A DNA stretch of 63,843 nucleotides, the filler included, from Reclinomonas americana ATCC 50394 (taxonomy: Eukaryota), in assembly GCA_048213135.1 (NCBI GenBank). It is 11 parts of 11 records of this genome, joined end to end, with 100 filler letters (N's around TTAATTAATTAA, not from the genome) between each part and the next. Parts side by side here need not be neighbours in the genome. Positions count along the whole stretch, not along the records: positions 20,234 to 35,569 come from AFZH01020963.1; positions 35,670 to 40,660 come from AFZH01020964.1; 9 more parts are not named here. The stretch is one strand, 5' to 3'. The notes below the pieces were generated by a model. It saw only the letters and a list, made by a program, of their open reading frames with translations, did no database searches and was not told where the DNA came from. Positions 23,305 through 36,517 of the stretch are shown here, piece after piece; within the stretch, counting starts at the first letter, position 1; the number at the start of each line of letters is the position of its first letter. The position numbers and the translations under genes are program-made.

Positions 23305-26289
23305 TTACTCCTCCGACACGGACTCCTCCTCCTCTTCTTCTTCCTCCTCATCCTCCTCATCCTCGTCCTCTTCCTCATCCTCCTCATTGTCGTCGTCCTC
23401 TTCCTCTGCCTCCTCATCTTCGTCTTCCTCCTCCTCCGCCTCCGCCTCCTCCTCGTGTTGCTCCTCCTCCTCCTCTGCTGCTGCCGCGTGGCGACCCTTG
23501 CGTCTGCGGCCGCCGCTTGCACTGCTGCCGCCACTGTGTGGTCGCTGCGATCGCGGCAGCACAATGCCACGGTCGACAACAAAGAACGACACAATGTGCT
23601 TGCAAATCTCCAGTGGCAGCGCCGGCAACATGTCGTAGTCGACAGCGGCCTCACTCACGGCCACTGCCGGGGCGCCAGCTTGCACGATCGGCTGATCGTC
23701 GTCCTGAGGTGCATCGGTCGGCGATGTGCTTCGTCGACGGCGAGACAACGCAGTTGTGGTGGCTGCCTCCACCACCACCGTTGTGCGGCTCTTGCGACTG
23801 CGTGTGCTGCGCGTGGCGGGTGGCGACGGTTGCACAGGTGGAGTGCGTGGGCCGGCCTTGCGGCCGCCAGTGCGACGACGCCGTTGCTGTGGCTGCTGCT
23901 GCTCCTCCTGGCTGGCCGATGCGCGTTCCACGTTTTGCACTGGTGCCACCCGTGCTCGGGCACCGGCATTGAGGCGGCGAACACGCACGCCCGCCGCTCC
24001 CGACTTGGGATTGAGACAAATGGACAAGACGGCGGCCTGACACGCAGGCCACAGCAGCCGATCGTACAAATACGGCCGCCACGTGATGCTGCAGTACTCG
24101 TGCACCACCTTCTGAATGTTGTTGTGGATGAACGACGATGAGCCGCCCAGCAGGCCCACCCCGTTGCGCCGGAAATGCACCAGCTCCTTGGCGCACTCCA
24201 GCGGCAGTGTGCTGACAAAACAGCGCCGCTCGTCGCGACAGTGACGGTACTGGTGTGCGTGTGGATACAAAGAAATGAGCAGATGGGACGAAGAACGGGC
24301 AATCGACAGTGCACGCACATGTTGAAGCAAAAGCATGGGCGGTGGCAATGGACCGCGTCCCCTCAGTGCGTCGCCAGCACCTAATGTAGGCATGCAGTGT
24401 GAGTTGAAGAAAAAGGACAGCGACATGCACGCTACTCACCAACAAACGAGGCCACGAGTTCGAGAAAGGCCAAAAACTCGCGCATCGCATGCAACTGCGG
24501 CACCGTGCACGCATGCATATCGTTGAGCGTGTCCTGATCCCACTCGTCTTCGTGCACCAGCGCCCCCTGCATGATGAGCAGCTCGGCCAGGTCCACCAGG
24601 CACTCGCGAGGTTTGTCGCTCAGCGCCACCATCAGCAGCGGCGTGCGGTAGTCGCCCGGGTGCACCTCCACCGGCGCACCGTACTTGACGAGAATCTCGG
24701 CCAGGTCGCGCGAGTCCTCGAAGCATGCCAAGTAGAGTGGCGAATCGCCCTGCTCGGTGCGCACGGCTGGATTGGCGCCGTTCTGCAGCAGCATCTCGAC
24801 CACCGCCGCCCGTGGCTTCCGATCTGTGCTCTTGGCGGCCTGCCACACGGCGAGCAGCGGCGTGTCTCCGTCGGCGTCCAGCATCTCCAGCAAGCCTCGA
24901 TCGTACTCGAGCAGCATGCGGGCACACTCGAGCTTGGCCCGACGACAGGCATGATGCAGCGCGGTGCGCCCGTGCTGGTCCTGCATGCGGACCGAGGACG
25001 AGCGGAAATCGCGCACCAGCACCCGACAGATGCGCGACAGGCCGTGATCGCAGGCGTACATCAGCGGCGTGTGACCGTGTGCCATCTCTGCGACGGTATC
25101 GTCGGCACCGCGCGCCAACAACTCATGCACAATCCGCGCATCCACCTCCTCCAACTCGTCCGGCCTGGCGCTCATCACCGCCGCCAGCAGCACCGACGTG
25201 CCGGCCTCAAACGGCTTGCGTGCCACCGACAGCGTGGCATTCACCGGCGCACCGGCATCCAACAGCATGCGCAGTCCCTCCAGCCAGCGCGCAGACGCCG
25301 CCGCAAAGATCGGCTCACGCGCCGTCACCGACGCCCCACGCTGCAACAGCAGCGCCACCATCTGCTCCTGCCGATACATGACTGCCGTGGAGAGCGCTGT
25401 CTGGCCCGCCACCGTCGTATTCACATCGGCCCCGTGCTCCAGCAACGCCGCCGCCACTTCGCAACTGCATTTTGTAAACAAATAAGGAAAGATGCAAAGA
25501 TTGCGCGCGAAAAAACATGGACGCGGTGCGATGGACAGGTGATGATGAAAGAATGAAATGAACGCACCGGCCGTGACGCGCCGCGATCATCAACGGTGTC
25601 CACTCGGCCTCTGCGCTGCTCATCACTGCCGCAGCCGAGGTCGACATGTGACCACTCGCACCTCCAGTGCTCATGCCGCCACTGAGCACACTCATCACCG
25701 AGCGCAGCGGCGTCGACAGCCATCGACGCACAAACGCCTGCACGACCTCGTCGACCTCCTCACGCGTGCGTGCCTTGCCCAGCCGCTCAGTGAAGGCCAT
25801 GGCCGAGCCGCTCACGTGACTTGTCACCGAGGTCGTTGTTGTGGTCGCGATCGTTGTTGCTGTCGTCATTGCTGCGAGTGAGGGGAGCGATGTCGACGAG
25901 GAGAAGGCAGAGGAGGAGGAGGAGGAGGCGGGAGTGGTGGTGTGCGGTCGAGCGAGTGGCGCACGCGGGAGCGCAGGCAGGAAGAAGCGCGGTTGTGGCT
26001 GTGCGGCCACTCGCCAGGCAGGTGGCGGTGGCGGCTGCGACGCTGGTGGAGGCGTGGACATCATGGAGGAGGCGTCGTCTTGGGAGGCCACGCTGTACTC
26101 GTCCTCAGAGTAGTCGTCTTCCACTGCGGCGGCGGCTGATGATGATGATCCGGAGGCCACGCGCGCTGAAGGGAAGAGAGCACCGGTGCGGGAGGAGGAG
26201 GAGGACGCAGACCAGGAGGGCAGAGGCGGCCGACTGCTGCCACTCAGAGGTGGCGGCGGTGGTTGCTGGAAGGTCGGCGGTGCCTGCAT
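23305..26289 (-). CDS. Ankyrin-repeat protein with C-terminal F-box-like motif and acidic tail (introns 25465-25567, 24381-24439, ~24251-24318)
   Basis: Multiple ankyrin repeats (WTPLMIAA, GQTALSTA, GHTPLMYAC, GRTALHHAC, GDSPLYLAC); a phase-1 intron joins to the downstream ORF containing MLPALPLEICKHIVSFF and a poly-E/D tail. Confidence 0.8.
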
Positions 26290-26360
26290 TCTCTCGACGA
26301 CGGGAGTGTGTACAAAGTGATGCGCGCGAGCATTTCCCGCATTCGGCAGGCATTCACGGT

Positions 26361-29300
26361 TTACAGCAGATCTATGATGCGTAATGGTCGCCGAATGGCG
26401 TTGGTGGTGCCCTCGTGGAACTGGTACACCACCAGTGGCTGACGATTGCTTCCGCCTGGCGACAAGAGCTGCGAGCTGTTGCTGGTGCTGCCGCCGGAGG
26501 GTGGCGAGTCGGGAGCAGATGACGACTGTGTGCGTTTGCTTGCGGTCGATGATATCCGCTGGAAGCCGCTGCGTGCAAACATGTCGCGGGCCGAGTGTCG
26601 GGGAATGCCGGCCAGTGCCGCCTTTTTCTTGCTCTTCTCGTCGGTCTCCGGTGCTGGGGCTGGGGCTGGAGCCGCGGCTGCCGCGGATTCCACAACAGCG
26701 GCGGCGACAGCGACCGAGTCGACCTCCATGGCCATCTCCGCCTCGATGGCCGCCTCGTCGGCCAGCGCCTGTTCAATGTGGTCACGCTCTCGGGTGGCCG
26801 CTGCTGTCGCCTCGGCCACCGCCGCTGCGGCCGACGCCGCCAGCGCCAGCTGCACCTCGCCCTGGATGAGGGAGCGGATGACAAGCGGCACTGACGACTG
26901 GGAGCCCGTGCGCAGAACCTGCTCGTCGGCCGAGAGCACGGCCGGTGAAGACGACGACGAGGAGGAAGGTCCCGATTTGTTCTGCCAGCGATTGCCGGAT
27001 GTCGCCGTCGACGCGGCCTGCGAGACTGCGGGAGTGGCGGCCGTGACGATGCTGGCTCCGTACAGAAACATGTCAATGTTCGGCTGCAGCTTGAGATCGG
27101 CCATGCCACCGCTGCGCATCCACGGCGCGAGCGTCTCGTCGTTCGCCTGTCGTGCTCGTGACTGCTGCTGCTGCTCGTTGGCGGCATCGCGCACGTACCG
27201 CAAACCGTACAACACATGAATATTGACCACGTGGCGAATCATGTCGCGCTCGTACGCCGTCAACAAATGCACCGACGTCGGTCGCACGCGCGGGCACACC
27301 ACAAGTGGCAGCAGCGGAGCCACATCGCACACGAGAGCGGCGGAGGAAGACAACTGGGAGCGCATGGTGGGGCTCAGCTTGCCTTGCAGCTCGTCGAGCA
27401 CGGCGCGCCGCTGCTCCCTCTCCTGCGACACCTCAAACTCCCGGCGCGGCCACACCAGCGACGGTTGTTGACCCTGCGCGCGAGTGCCCACGTGAGTGAG
27501 CGAATGCTGACAGCACCACAGAGGCGTGTGTGTTTCTGACCGCAGGCATGCAGTAGTGCACGTTGAAGGAGGCCAGCGCCAGCGAGCCGAGCGAGTACAA
27601 CTCGAACGACTGGTCGCGATCCATCATGTGCTGCACCTCGTCGGCCACGAGAAGCCAGTCCAGCGCCGTGCACATCTGCCGCAGCGGTGTGAGCACACGA
27701 GGTCACTCACGTGCATCACATCATCGACGAGGACGGAAACGCAACATCGGTCATCAACGGATCGGCGTGCCGCATGTTGGTGTAATTCTCCAATACACCC
27801 TCCGCCACTTTTCCGTGATCGCCAAACGCCGAAATGGCACGAACGGCCTCCCACATGGGCGACAACTGCCGCTTCTTCCGGCTGAGCAGGCGAATGGACT
27901 CGGCCAACTCATCGTCCTCATACAACAAGTCGTCTTCGTCCTCCACACCCGCGGCTGCCAGCGAGGCACTCGTCTCTGTGTGCACCGCGTTGCAATCAAT
28001 ATGCAGCACAAAAATGTGTGTGAGGGATGGGTGACAAAAGACGCAACTCTTGGCAGCCATGTGGAAGAACACAGAGTCCCCCTGGCCCGCCTGAGCTTTC
28101 GGGCGCGAGAAAATGGAGCGGTACACCAGCATTGCACTCTTCGAGGCATCCTTCACACCCAGCGTGCCGTCACGCAACAGCCTGTGTGACCACGGCGGAT
28201 GAGCCACACAGCACGGGGTGCAACGATCTCCACTGTGCAGCAGTGTAACGCACCGAAAATCGAGTCGACGAGCACCCAGCGCTGCCTCGCGACACATGAA
28301 TTGCATGGACATGAGGCAGGAACGGATGTCGTTGTCGGCAATGTTGGTGAGCGCCATGAGTGTGGTGTTGTCGGCTTGAACACGTTCAGCATGACACACT
28401 TCGTCGAGTCGCTTGATCAGGCTGCCGGAGGCGTGTGTGAGAGCGAGGCGATGGCGACAATGCAACACGCGAGGGCAACGCTCACCGATCCCGAGAAATC
28501 TCGCGGAACTGAAACACCTGCGCACGCTCACGTAATGGACGCAGCGCTGGTGCGTAGGGGTCGTTGCAAATGGCGATGATGGGTCTCCGCACTACTGTTC
28601 GTGGGGCTCCTCGTCGTTTCGAACCGCTTGCCGCCTTGGTCTTCTTCTTGCCGCCAAAGAACGATGGTGCCTCGTCTTCGTCTTCGTTCTCGTCGTCGGC
28701 TTGACTGTGCGCGACAAGAGGAATGGGCTGCCGAAACGAGGTGGTGCACGGCCTGAAACCACCCTTCCCCCAAGACGCAACTCTCCACCACCACCACCAC
28801 TGCGAGCATTCTCCACAGAGTAGACGAGCTGCAAGAGACCACGAATGGCACTCTTTCCGTCCGACCCGCCCAACGCCCCATCGATCTCGTCCAGAATGAT
28901 GCAGTTGGGCCGACCTGCCAGCATGTATTCGTAGTGGTGAGTGCGGAGTGGCAGCAGAAGTAGAGGAGTGCGTATAGGATCAGCGAGTCACCATTGGTGA
29001 GCACGGTGGAAATGTCACAGGCGTCCGTCACTCGTCGCACCAGTGCATCCTTCGTCCGCTCGTCACTCGCATTCACGTCCACTGGATTGTAGCCGGCGTG
29101 GCGGCTGACAATGCGCGCGAGTGTGGTTTTGCCGAGTCCAGGCGGCCCCGACAGCAGTGCAATCCGCTTCTCAATGCCACTGACATCGCGTGCGAGTCCA
29201 GATTTGCTGCAAAATCGAGTGAGAATGGCAAGACAGGAGTCGAGAACACGGAAGCAAGCGACGCAGCGCACCGATCTCCTCGACCAAACACCACGAAATC

Positions 29301-30334
29301 CCACTGCTTGATCCAGCGCAGCAGCTCTCGATTGGTCTTCTCATCACTCAGCAAGTCGGGGAAGCGCTGCGGCGAGTACTTGTCGACCCACAAACTGGTG
29401 CTCTCCGCGGCCGCCAGCTGTCCGCGTGCGCCAGCGCGCTCAGCATTGACTTGCCGCAGACGATTGCGCCTCACCTGCACGCCACGAGCACACATGAGTG
29501 CCAACCGACACCAACAAAAACACACACACACACACCACACACCTTGGCGTCGTTGATGCGAAGCAGTGTCGGTACCGGCACGCGCAGCAGCTCACTGCGG
29601 CCTGCAGCCGGAGCGGAAGCAGCCGTCGCAGTCGACACCGACAGCATGTCGTCATCGGTGGTGCCGGCGGGCACATCCAGAGTGATATACACGCGGCGGC
29701 CGGTGGTGGGATTGGTGAAGGTCAAGGACGGGCCGACTGGCGGCACCATCGGATGCACCTTCTTCACCGGCTTTGGTCTGGCTGGTGCCACACTCACGCG
29801 TGAAGTGGTGGCCGACGACAGAGAGCGATGCGACATGAGTGTGCCGTACGAGGTCGGCAGCAGTGATGACGGCACAGTGGGTGCTGTGTGCGCGCGCGCA
29901 CGAGTGAGTGAGAGTCAGCACTGCGACATGCATGTGAATGCGAACCAAGATGCGGTCGCTTGCGAGCAGGGGCACCAATGTCTTCCTCTGTGTCCTCCGC
30001 TGCCTCCTCGTCTTCAAGGAGTGCTGCATCGAGTGTGTGGTAGAACGGGGAATGAAATCAAAATCCCTGATCGATCTTCTGTCAACTGGCGCATTACCTG
30101 GTTGCTCCTCCGGCGGTGTACCTGACGAGTAGAACTCCAGTCGCCTCTTGCCGTTATCTGCAGTGGCGATGAGCATCGCAGACACTCGCAGGTGATCCAT
30201 TCCACTCAACTGGTGTGCGCCGGATGTGACACATCAATGCCGGCTTGTGAGACCAGCGCCAGTTCCTCTTCGATCGCCGCCTCGTCGGCCAGCATGTCGT
30301 CAAGGTCAAGGACTCCGTCATCGTCAATGTCCAT
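26361..30334 (-). CDS. CTF18: Chromosome transmission fidelity protein 18 (RFC-like clamp loader subunit)
   Basis: LWVDKYSPQRFPDLLSDEKTNRELLRWIKQWD, GPPGLGKTTLA, VNASDER, PNCIILDEIDGA, NDIRSCL, and C-terminal YQFHEGTTNAIRRPL. Confidence 0.95.
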
Positions 30335-30538
30335 CCTGGCAGCGATGGTCGGAGACAAGTGCGATGCGCGGTGGGGGGGTTTGCCGTGACAAAGAGCGGG
30401 ACGACGAGAGGGACAACTCATTCGTTTTTTCATTGAAGTTGCTCAGAACCATGCGCCCCCGCGACGCCAGAACCGCCTGCAGAATGAAGGTGAGTGAGGT
30501 GTGGATAGAGTAGAATGGAAAGAAACAAAAGGTACACG

Positions 30539-32271
30539 TCACATGGGATCGTAATCGGCAGGATCCAGCCCGTCGACGTGCGCAGTGCGGCCGTCGAGGG
30601 CGGCAACGATGAGTTCCACACACAACTGCGGTGGATGCAGTAAAGGCAGATCAGCGAACCTGATAAGAGAAAGGCAACGATCACAGCAAAAACCTCCGCT
30701 GAGCCAAAGGAGAGCGTCCAGCCCTTGCTGCCGTGGCCCGTGTTGACCCACAGCGAGCCCAGCGAACTCTCGATCGCACCCACCACTGGCAAATCGTCCG
30801 GTGACACTGGCCGCTGGCACGAGTGCACCTGCGAGCGCACACAGCGGGCACAGTCAGTTGCGCACTGCACTGTGCGGGTTCGTGTCAGTGCATCGAGCAC
30901 GCAACAGTTGCTCCCTCCCAGTCCAGCAGTGGCGAGTGCTCGGGGAACACGGCTGTGATGGCCTGTCGAATGTCGTCGACCTTTTGCTGCTGGGGAATCA
31001 CTGCATGCATACAGTGCGTGGTGAGCGCACAGACGGAACCTGTGCAATACGCTCGTAAAGCACATGCTGACTGACCATCGCCAGGGCCGCTCAACTCGGC
31101 CCACGCCGACACGCGCATCGAGTTGCCGACAGTGGCCGCATACCTGTCCAGTGGTCACTGAGATACGCTGCCTCTCATGTACCAAGCAAACAAGCAAGTA
31201 ATCGACGTACACATGAGTGGACTCGTCGCCGATGGCACACCGCGGTCGCTCATCCACAGGCCACCGACCGTACGGAATGTCGACGACGTGGCCCTTGAAG
31301 CGCGCAATGGGCGGAATGCGAGCGGCGCCAAACAGGTCGAGAACGCGCGGTGTCTCACAGCCGGCGCACACCACCACAATGTCGGCCTCCAGTTCGCGTC
31401 CGTCGTCCGTGCGCACCACATGCCGCCGCCGTGCGTTGTCGTTGACAGCCACCACCGCCTGTGGACTCGTGTACCATACCTGCACGCCGAGAGCTCGACA
31501 ACGCTCCTCCAGCGTGTGCACAAACGTGAGACAGTCGCCGTTCGCGTCGGCCGGGAACAGCACGGCGCCTGCCATGCGCGACGCCACGGGTCGCAGCGAA
31601 GGCTCAGTTTGCACGATTTCCGCCGCCGAGCGCAGCGCCAGAGGTTGCACAGCAGGTGGCGGCTGCACGTGACCTAGTAGTGCGTCAAATGCTCGCGTGG
31701 TGACAGCCAGCTCCAGCGATCCACTCGTGGCCCCTTGCAGCGGTGGCGCCGCCAATCCCACATCATTCAACATGCGATGCATTGCCTGCCGCGACACAGT
31801 GGCAATGCGCGACAAGGCCGCCGCACGCACACTATCGGGGGCGGACGAGAGTGCCACGTGACGCGTCATGTGCCACGCCCACGGCAGAAACTGCGGATCA
31901 CGAAGCACCGACGCACGAATACCGTACGGAGACTTGGCGGTGGTTGCTGTCTCCGGCGATGATGATGGCAGCACCGAAGAGAAGGAGAACGCCGATCGCA
32001 TCATGCCACGCAGCGCAGCTTTGCTGACCCACGGACCGCCATGCTCAAACAGCCCGAAACACAACAGTGATCCATTGAGACGACTGGCGGCTTGTGCACG
32101 ATCCTCATGACGCTCCATGATGGTGATGCGAGAGAAGCGACCGGTGGTGGCCAGTCGGAACGCAGTGGTCATGCCAATCACGCCACCACCCACCACAAGA
32201 ACGGAGGGTTGGCGCGGAGCATCGTCGGCGCGCGCGGCACACATTTGATAGACGGTGTGGGACACATACAT
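30539..32271 (-). CDS. FAD-dependent oxidoreductase, D-amino acid dehydrogenase (DadA/DAO) family; start uncertain
   Basis: VLVVGGGVIGMTTA, ASRLNGS, RPVSPDDLPVVG, LWVNTGHGSKGWTLSFGSA; four short introns. Confidence 0.85.
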
Positions 32272-32591
32272 AGTCGCAAACGAAGTTGGCCAGCCGGGAA
32301 CACTGGTAGGGGCAGAGAGGGGCTGCAACTGCACAGGAGGTGGACCGACCGGCTTCCGTAGTGGTGGTGCGCCGCCTTGGTGATAGACGAACTTGCTGGA
32401 AAGAGCGAAGGGAAATCGGTGATCGCAGCTGTGCAGCGGTCCACTCCTCGCCCTCTTGTCTGCAGGTGGGTCACGCATCACCTTTTAAAGCTTATCGTTC
32501 ACTTGCGGCGCGCATTGCAGTCTCGGTTCTCGCAAGCTCACTCTTATCTACCCCTAAACTCCCATGACGCCAACTCTCTCTCTGCGCATCA

Positions 32592-33258
32592 TCATGCCTC
32601 TTCGTCGGCAGTGGCAGTGGCAGAGTCCGCACTGCGCCTCGGCAAGCTGCGACTGGCACGATACGAGAGGAAGGCGGCCCACGGAACACCAACCATGTTG
32701 ATCACCAGCAGACGATGTTGCACGGGCACCAGTGCAAAGTTGATCATCTGTGTGGCGGGCCACACTGCCCAGTTGGTGACGAGTGTGCCCGGCAGCTCGG
32801 CGATGACCTTGTTCACCGAGAACGACAGCGAGTGGCCAGACGCCAGCGACATGAAGACAAACATGCAACTCAACAGAATGGGACCGAATGTCAACTGCGC
32901 ATCGGGTGTGAGCGTGAGTGTGAGTGAATGAGTGCGCGCAGGTCAGCAGGTGCACCTGATCAAGCGCCATTTTCTTGACCACTGCGGTGAATCCAGTGCC
33001 GCCGACGATGCGATCCAACAGCGGATACCAACGCGATGCAATGGGCGCAAAGCCAAACGTTCCCCACACAACGCCACGCAGTGTGCGCCACGGGTCGTAC
33101 GCAGGCTCGGGGTGACCCGCAGAGACCGCCGCTGACCGCTCAATGGTCTGACTGATGCCATCGCCGACCACCCACAGACAGCCCGATGTGGCCATGGCGG
33201 AGAGAAGCGGGCGCCGTGCGTTCGCCGACGCGTACCACCGCACAAAGGAGCCAAACAT
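32592..33258 (-). CDS. Mpv17/PMP22 family membrane protein
   Basis: RPLLSAMATSG...GDGISQ, YDPWRTLR, KMALDQ|LTFGP, NWAVWPATQMINFALVP. Confidence 0.92.
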
Positions 33259-33335
33259 GAGCTCGCCGGCGACAGAAACAAGACAGGAAGAACGCGCACA
33301 CGCGGGACAAGTCGAACTTCATTAATGATTGTTTT

Positions 33336-34170
33336 TCACTTGGCAGCCGCTGCAGAGCCGATGCCACTGGCCGCGGCGAGCAGCGGTGCAGAGGTACTGT
33401 CGTCGATCACGTGCAGGATCGGCGCCGGTCGAGAATGTGAGCCGGCAGCATGCTCGCCGACGGTCTCGTCGGGTCGCACAATCAGTACGGAGCACTTGGC
33501 CTCGTTGATGAGGTACTGCGCAGTGGAGCCGACCAGCATGCGCTTCAACATGCCCTGCAGCACACACGCGCAGGCAGAAAAGTCAGAACGTGGAAGGCAA
33601 ACAAGAGGCACAATATGAGTTTTCGAACACACACACACACCATGCCACGAGTGCCGACGACGATCACGTCGGTGTTGTCGTACTCGGCCATCTTGAGCAG
33701 TGCCTCGCGGCCCTCACCCGCCAGCACTCGCTTGTTGACCTCCACGTCGCCCTCTCGCAGGTCGGTGCTCAAGTTGGCGTCGATCAGTGCAACAGCGTGG
33801 CTGAGGGTGCGACCGGCGGCCAGGATCTCCTCCGAGGCCGCGGGGTGAGTCTCGTCCGTGATGTCCTCCTCAGCGTGCATGGTCACCTCCAGACCAACGC
33901 CCTGCTCGGCGGCGGGGGAGATTAAGAACAAGATGCGATTGTGCGACAACCTCGCGTGTGCGCGTGCTCACCATGCTAATCGAGTGCTGCTTCTTGACGG
34001 TGGTCACCACTGTCACCACATCGCCACGCTTGAGCATGCGCGCGCACTTGGCAGCTGTGTGCGAGAAAGAGAGAGGTGAGTACGCGACAGGTGCAACACA
34101 GCAAAAGAGTCTTGCACGCACCCGCATTGTAAGAGAACTGTGAGCCGTCGATACCGACCAGATAGCGCAT
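33336..34170 (-). CDS. Universal stress protein (USP) family
   Basis: MRYLVGIDGSQFS, DVIVVGTRGM|GMLKRMLVGSTAQYLINEAKCSVLIVR. Confidence 0.92.
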
Positions 34171-34309
34171 GATGGATTCAAGAGGAGTGGAGTTGGATAA
34201 AAGGGACTGTGTGTGTGTGCTCTCTCCGAGCGAAGGCGAAAGGAAAAACAACAACGACGAAAAGATGCGACAAGAGATTCCAATCACTTTTTTACGACGA
34301 GTTGTCGTT

Positions 34310-35057
34310 TCAGTGGCGCAGCGAGCCAATAGAGTAGAGCCACTGAACGTATTCGCTCAGCGTGACTGAGCCGGAACCGTCGGCGTCGAGCTGCGCCCGG
34401 CAGTCGTCCAGCGAGAGACTCGTCAATCCGTTTCGGGTGCTGCGCACAGCGATGCAAATCAATCAAAGAGACGTGCTTCGCTGCGTTTGCATGGCGACAC
34501 AACGCAACAGATCGGCGTGGAGGGCGGGGAACTCGCTCTCCGTCGACAGAGCTCCACTGCGGTCGCTGTCGAACTGTGCATCACAGTCAGAGAAAGAACG
34601 AAACGAGAGGGGTCGTGACGACACACGAAACGTATTGGAAGTAGGCGACGGCTTGTTGCAGCGCCTCCAGCTTGCTCGTGTCACCTTCGGCGTCGGCAGC
34701 ATTCAGATGTGCAAAGCGCTCTGAATCGGACCACCTGCGCAGAGGGAGATGTGAGATCCCAGTGCATGCACGCACCGACAACAATCCACACACACCACTT
34801 GCGGAACGCGGGATACGCGATGCCCCCGGCTTCCACGCCACTGGGGTCGATCTCCGACAGTGCAACCTGCAGACTGGCGTCGCTCATTGCGTGGCCAAGA
34901 GAGTAGCACAGTCTGCACGCACGAGTGAGAGATGATGATTGCTTCGTTGCTGGCGTGGGTGCACCCACCGTCGGAACTCGTCGAGGCTGATGCGGCCCGA
35001 ATGATCGGTGTCGTGCTTGTCAAACAAGATCTTGGAGAAGGGTGGAGGGCCGGCCAT
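34310..35057 (-). CDS. EF-hand calcium-binding protein
   Basis: FDKHDTDHSGRISLDEF, IDPSG, FDSDRSGALS, LDADGSGSVTLSEY across five exons. Confidence 0.85.
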
Positions 35058-35404
35058 CGGTGTGTGTGTGTGTGTGTGCTCACAGACAGGGAAATGTGGG
35101 AAATGGAGTAGGACTTTTTTGTTCGTCGCCGTAGGGGACGCTGCGTGCGCACGTTCAGTGTTACAAGGAGACTGCATGAGGGATCATTGACAAACATCCG
35201 CCGTGACGGATTCTTTTGGTGTCATGGAAAAGGTGGTGGGGAGGCACGTCAACCAGCCAAGGTACTCCGACCGGGAGCCCTGTTGACAGGCGTGGCGACG
35301 GAGACACTCCAACCACACACGAAAGATGCCCGGAGGCGCAGAACAATCAAGTACAATGACCCCATTCCCCCAGCGCCTCGTCTATCACATCCTACTTCTC
35401 GCAT

Positions 35405-35567
35405 CAAGTGAGTGAAACACAAGACTCGCTCACTGCACCCCACGACTTGCCCTCTGTTCACAACATCTGCTCACATCCTGCTTCTCATACGCACACAGAC
35501 ACCAAGTGAGTGAAACACAAGACTCGCTCACTGCACCCCATGACTTGCCCTCTGTTCACACAATCTG
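35405..35567 (+). repeat. Near-identical ~63-bp direct repeat (two copies)
   Basis: caagtgagtgaaacacaagactcgctcactgcacccca(c/t)gacttgccctctgttcaca at ~35405 and ~35503. Confidence 0.85.
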
Positions 35568-36517
35568 TTNNNNNNNNNNNNNNNNNNNNNNNNNNNNNNN
35601 NNNNNNNNNNNNNTTAATTAATTAANNNNNNNNNNNNNNNNNNNNNNNNNNNNNNNNNNNNNNNNNNNNTGGGGGGATGAACAAAACAAACACGAAGGAA
35701 AACAACAACCCATCTTCCATTATCAGTTGCCGCCGACAACAACCTGCTGACGACAGAGAGACACACACATCTCAAACGGACACGCAGCAATCAAGCTCGG
35801 CAAAAAAGAACACGGATATTCTCACTATTCCACTGCTCACTGCTCCTCGCTCCTTCTCCTCCTTGCTTCCGACACGTAGTGGCACGAGAACAATGTAGCC
35901 CCCAACTACAGGTTGTGGTGGAAATGGGCCGTGGCCCAACACTGACGATGCAAGGTGACAGAAATAGACCCTGTGGCTGGAAGATGCTGATGCGATGCCA
36001 AGACCCCGGGTGCGCATCTCTCTCCCACACAATCTCACTCCGCCTCTTCCTGCTCCTCCTTGCTGCCCGCCCGAGTCGCTTCATCGAATAGCACGGAGAC
36101 CAAAAGAAAACATGTCCCATCCATCTTCCCCACGGCCATCTCCTCCTCCTCCTCTTCGTCCAAACCACCGTCACAGCAGCATCACACGCGACGAGACGAA
36201 ACAAACACACGCTCTTGCTACGTCAAATCCTCGCTGCCGACAGGCGTAAACACAGAGTTGCCAACAGTCACCACCGAACTCGAAATCGACTCGCTCTCTC
36301 CATCTCAATCACACACACAGCGCCTTCTGGAATCACCCACACATGTTTCTGCAGACACGGAAAGAAAAAGTCGCCAAACCCTCGCGCGCCAAAGTCGTCG
36401 AAAGAAAAAGCGCCAACCGACATAACCGCAATCGGACACACTCTCGGCCAAATGGAATCGCATTCGACCGTTGAACCCGCCGCGCCAAATTTCTGTCAAC
36501 CTCCTCCTCCTCTTCCC

